This document shows positions 62,982 through 64,000 of a DNA stretch of 64,000 nt, one piece after another (within the stretch, counting starts at the first letter, position 1; each line of letters begins with the position of its first letter). This stretch comes from Octopus vulgaris (lineage: Eukaryota): contig OX597817.1 in the NCBI GenBank assembly GCA_951406725.2, positions 99,138,001 to 99,202,000 of the forward strand. Direction: 5' to 3'. Under the pieces are notes generated by a model. The model was given only the letters and a program-made list of their open reading frames with translations. It made no database searches and was not told the origin of the DNA. A program made the position numbers and the translations under genes.

Positions 62982-64000
62982 TTGACTTTAAGACCCATTG
63001 TAGCTGGGCCGGCCTGTGAAACCCACCGACTAAGCAATTTTCTAGACATCCTACTGAAACCCTTGCTGAAATACATCAAAAGCTTCATTAGGGATGATTT
63101 AGACATGCTAGAACACCTACCAAAAATGATTAATGAAGAGGCAATATTGGTTACCCTCGATGTTATCAATCTTTACACCAAGATCCCCATGACTATGGAA
63201 TAAAAGCAATTAAATTCTGGTTGGAAAAGTACCTCGAAGTCCTCCCGGAACGCATAAACCAGATCTTTATTATTGTATCCTTAAAATTTATACTTCAGAA
63301 CAATTATTTCCTATTTGATGACACATACAATCATCAGAAATGCAGAATTGCGATGGGGACAAAACAACACTAAATGACATAAATAGTAACATTCAATTCA
63401 CAATGGAATATAACAAAGAACAACTTCCATTTTTAGACATCATGATAAAAAAAGTTAACAATGAAATCATAACTGACATTTATTATAAACCAACTGATTC
63501 AAAACAATATCTTCTTTTTAACTCATGCCACCCAAAACACATAAAAATTAACATCCCTTCCAACTTAGCAAAAAGGATCTGCACAATAGTGTCTGATAGA
63601 ACAACTCGAGACCTTCGTCTTCAAGACCTCAAAACAACACTTATTGAAAGACAATATCCACCCTTTCTTATCGACGAGGGAATTAAACGTGCCAAACAAT
63701 TAGACACAAAAACACTAAGAAAAAAAAAACATAGTACCACACCTCAAACCAAAACATTACTATTTATATCAACACACAACCCCAGAAACAGTGAGGCATT
63801 CAACACTATTGTGCAAACTCTTCCTTTACTAACTAGAGATCCAAAAATGAACGACATCCTGAAAACACACAAACTCATCAAATGCAAAAAACAAGACAAA
63901 TCACTAAAGAGACAACTAACAAATGCAAAGCTTTACAAAACAACCACGAAACTAACGGTTGAAAAATGTGAATGCCCAAACTGTGGAACCTGCCCCAACC
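62982..64000 (+). mobile_element. Penelope-like RT fragment running off the window
   Basis: RPIVAG, LDVINLYT.IP, LPFLDI, YYKPTD..YL.FNSCHP; deletion near 63360. Confidence 0.88.

Overview
AT-rich, microsatellite-laden eukaryotic DNA. The repeat families (tRNA-headed SINEs, RTE/CR1/Tx1 LINEs, many Penelope-like fragments) suggest a mollusc, probably an octopus; this is inference. There is one host gene: a minus-strand PAQR (membrane progestin receptor-like) gene with its main coding exon at 2579-3565 and a predicted upstream coding exon at 7627-7692. The rest is nested transposons: a young, nearly intact Tx1/L1-clade LINE (21290-27275), RTE, RTE-X and CR1 LINEs, Penelope-like elements, and pogo, piggyBac, hAT, Tc1/mariner and Helitron elements. 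Most notable: (1) about ten type-I hammerhead ribozyme motifs from several sequence-distinct families, many in short non-coding cassettes or inverted pairs, one family with an apparent A6U core variant; (2) the Tx1 LINE sits, with a 6-bp TSD, inside ORF1 of a diverged Tx1 relative, has a 42-bp hairpin in its 5' UTR, and shares its 3' tail with a Meta-domain SINE; (3) a second SINE/LINE pair shows covarying 3' stem-loops. All calls come from reading by eye; no searches were run.
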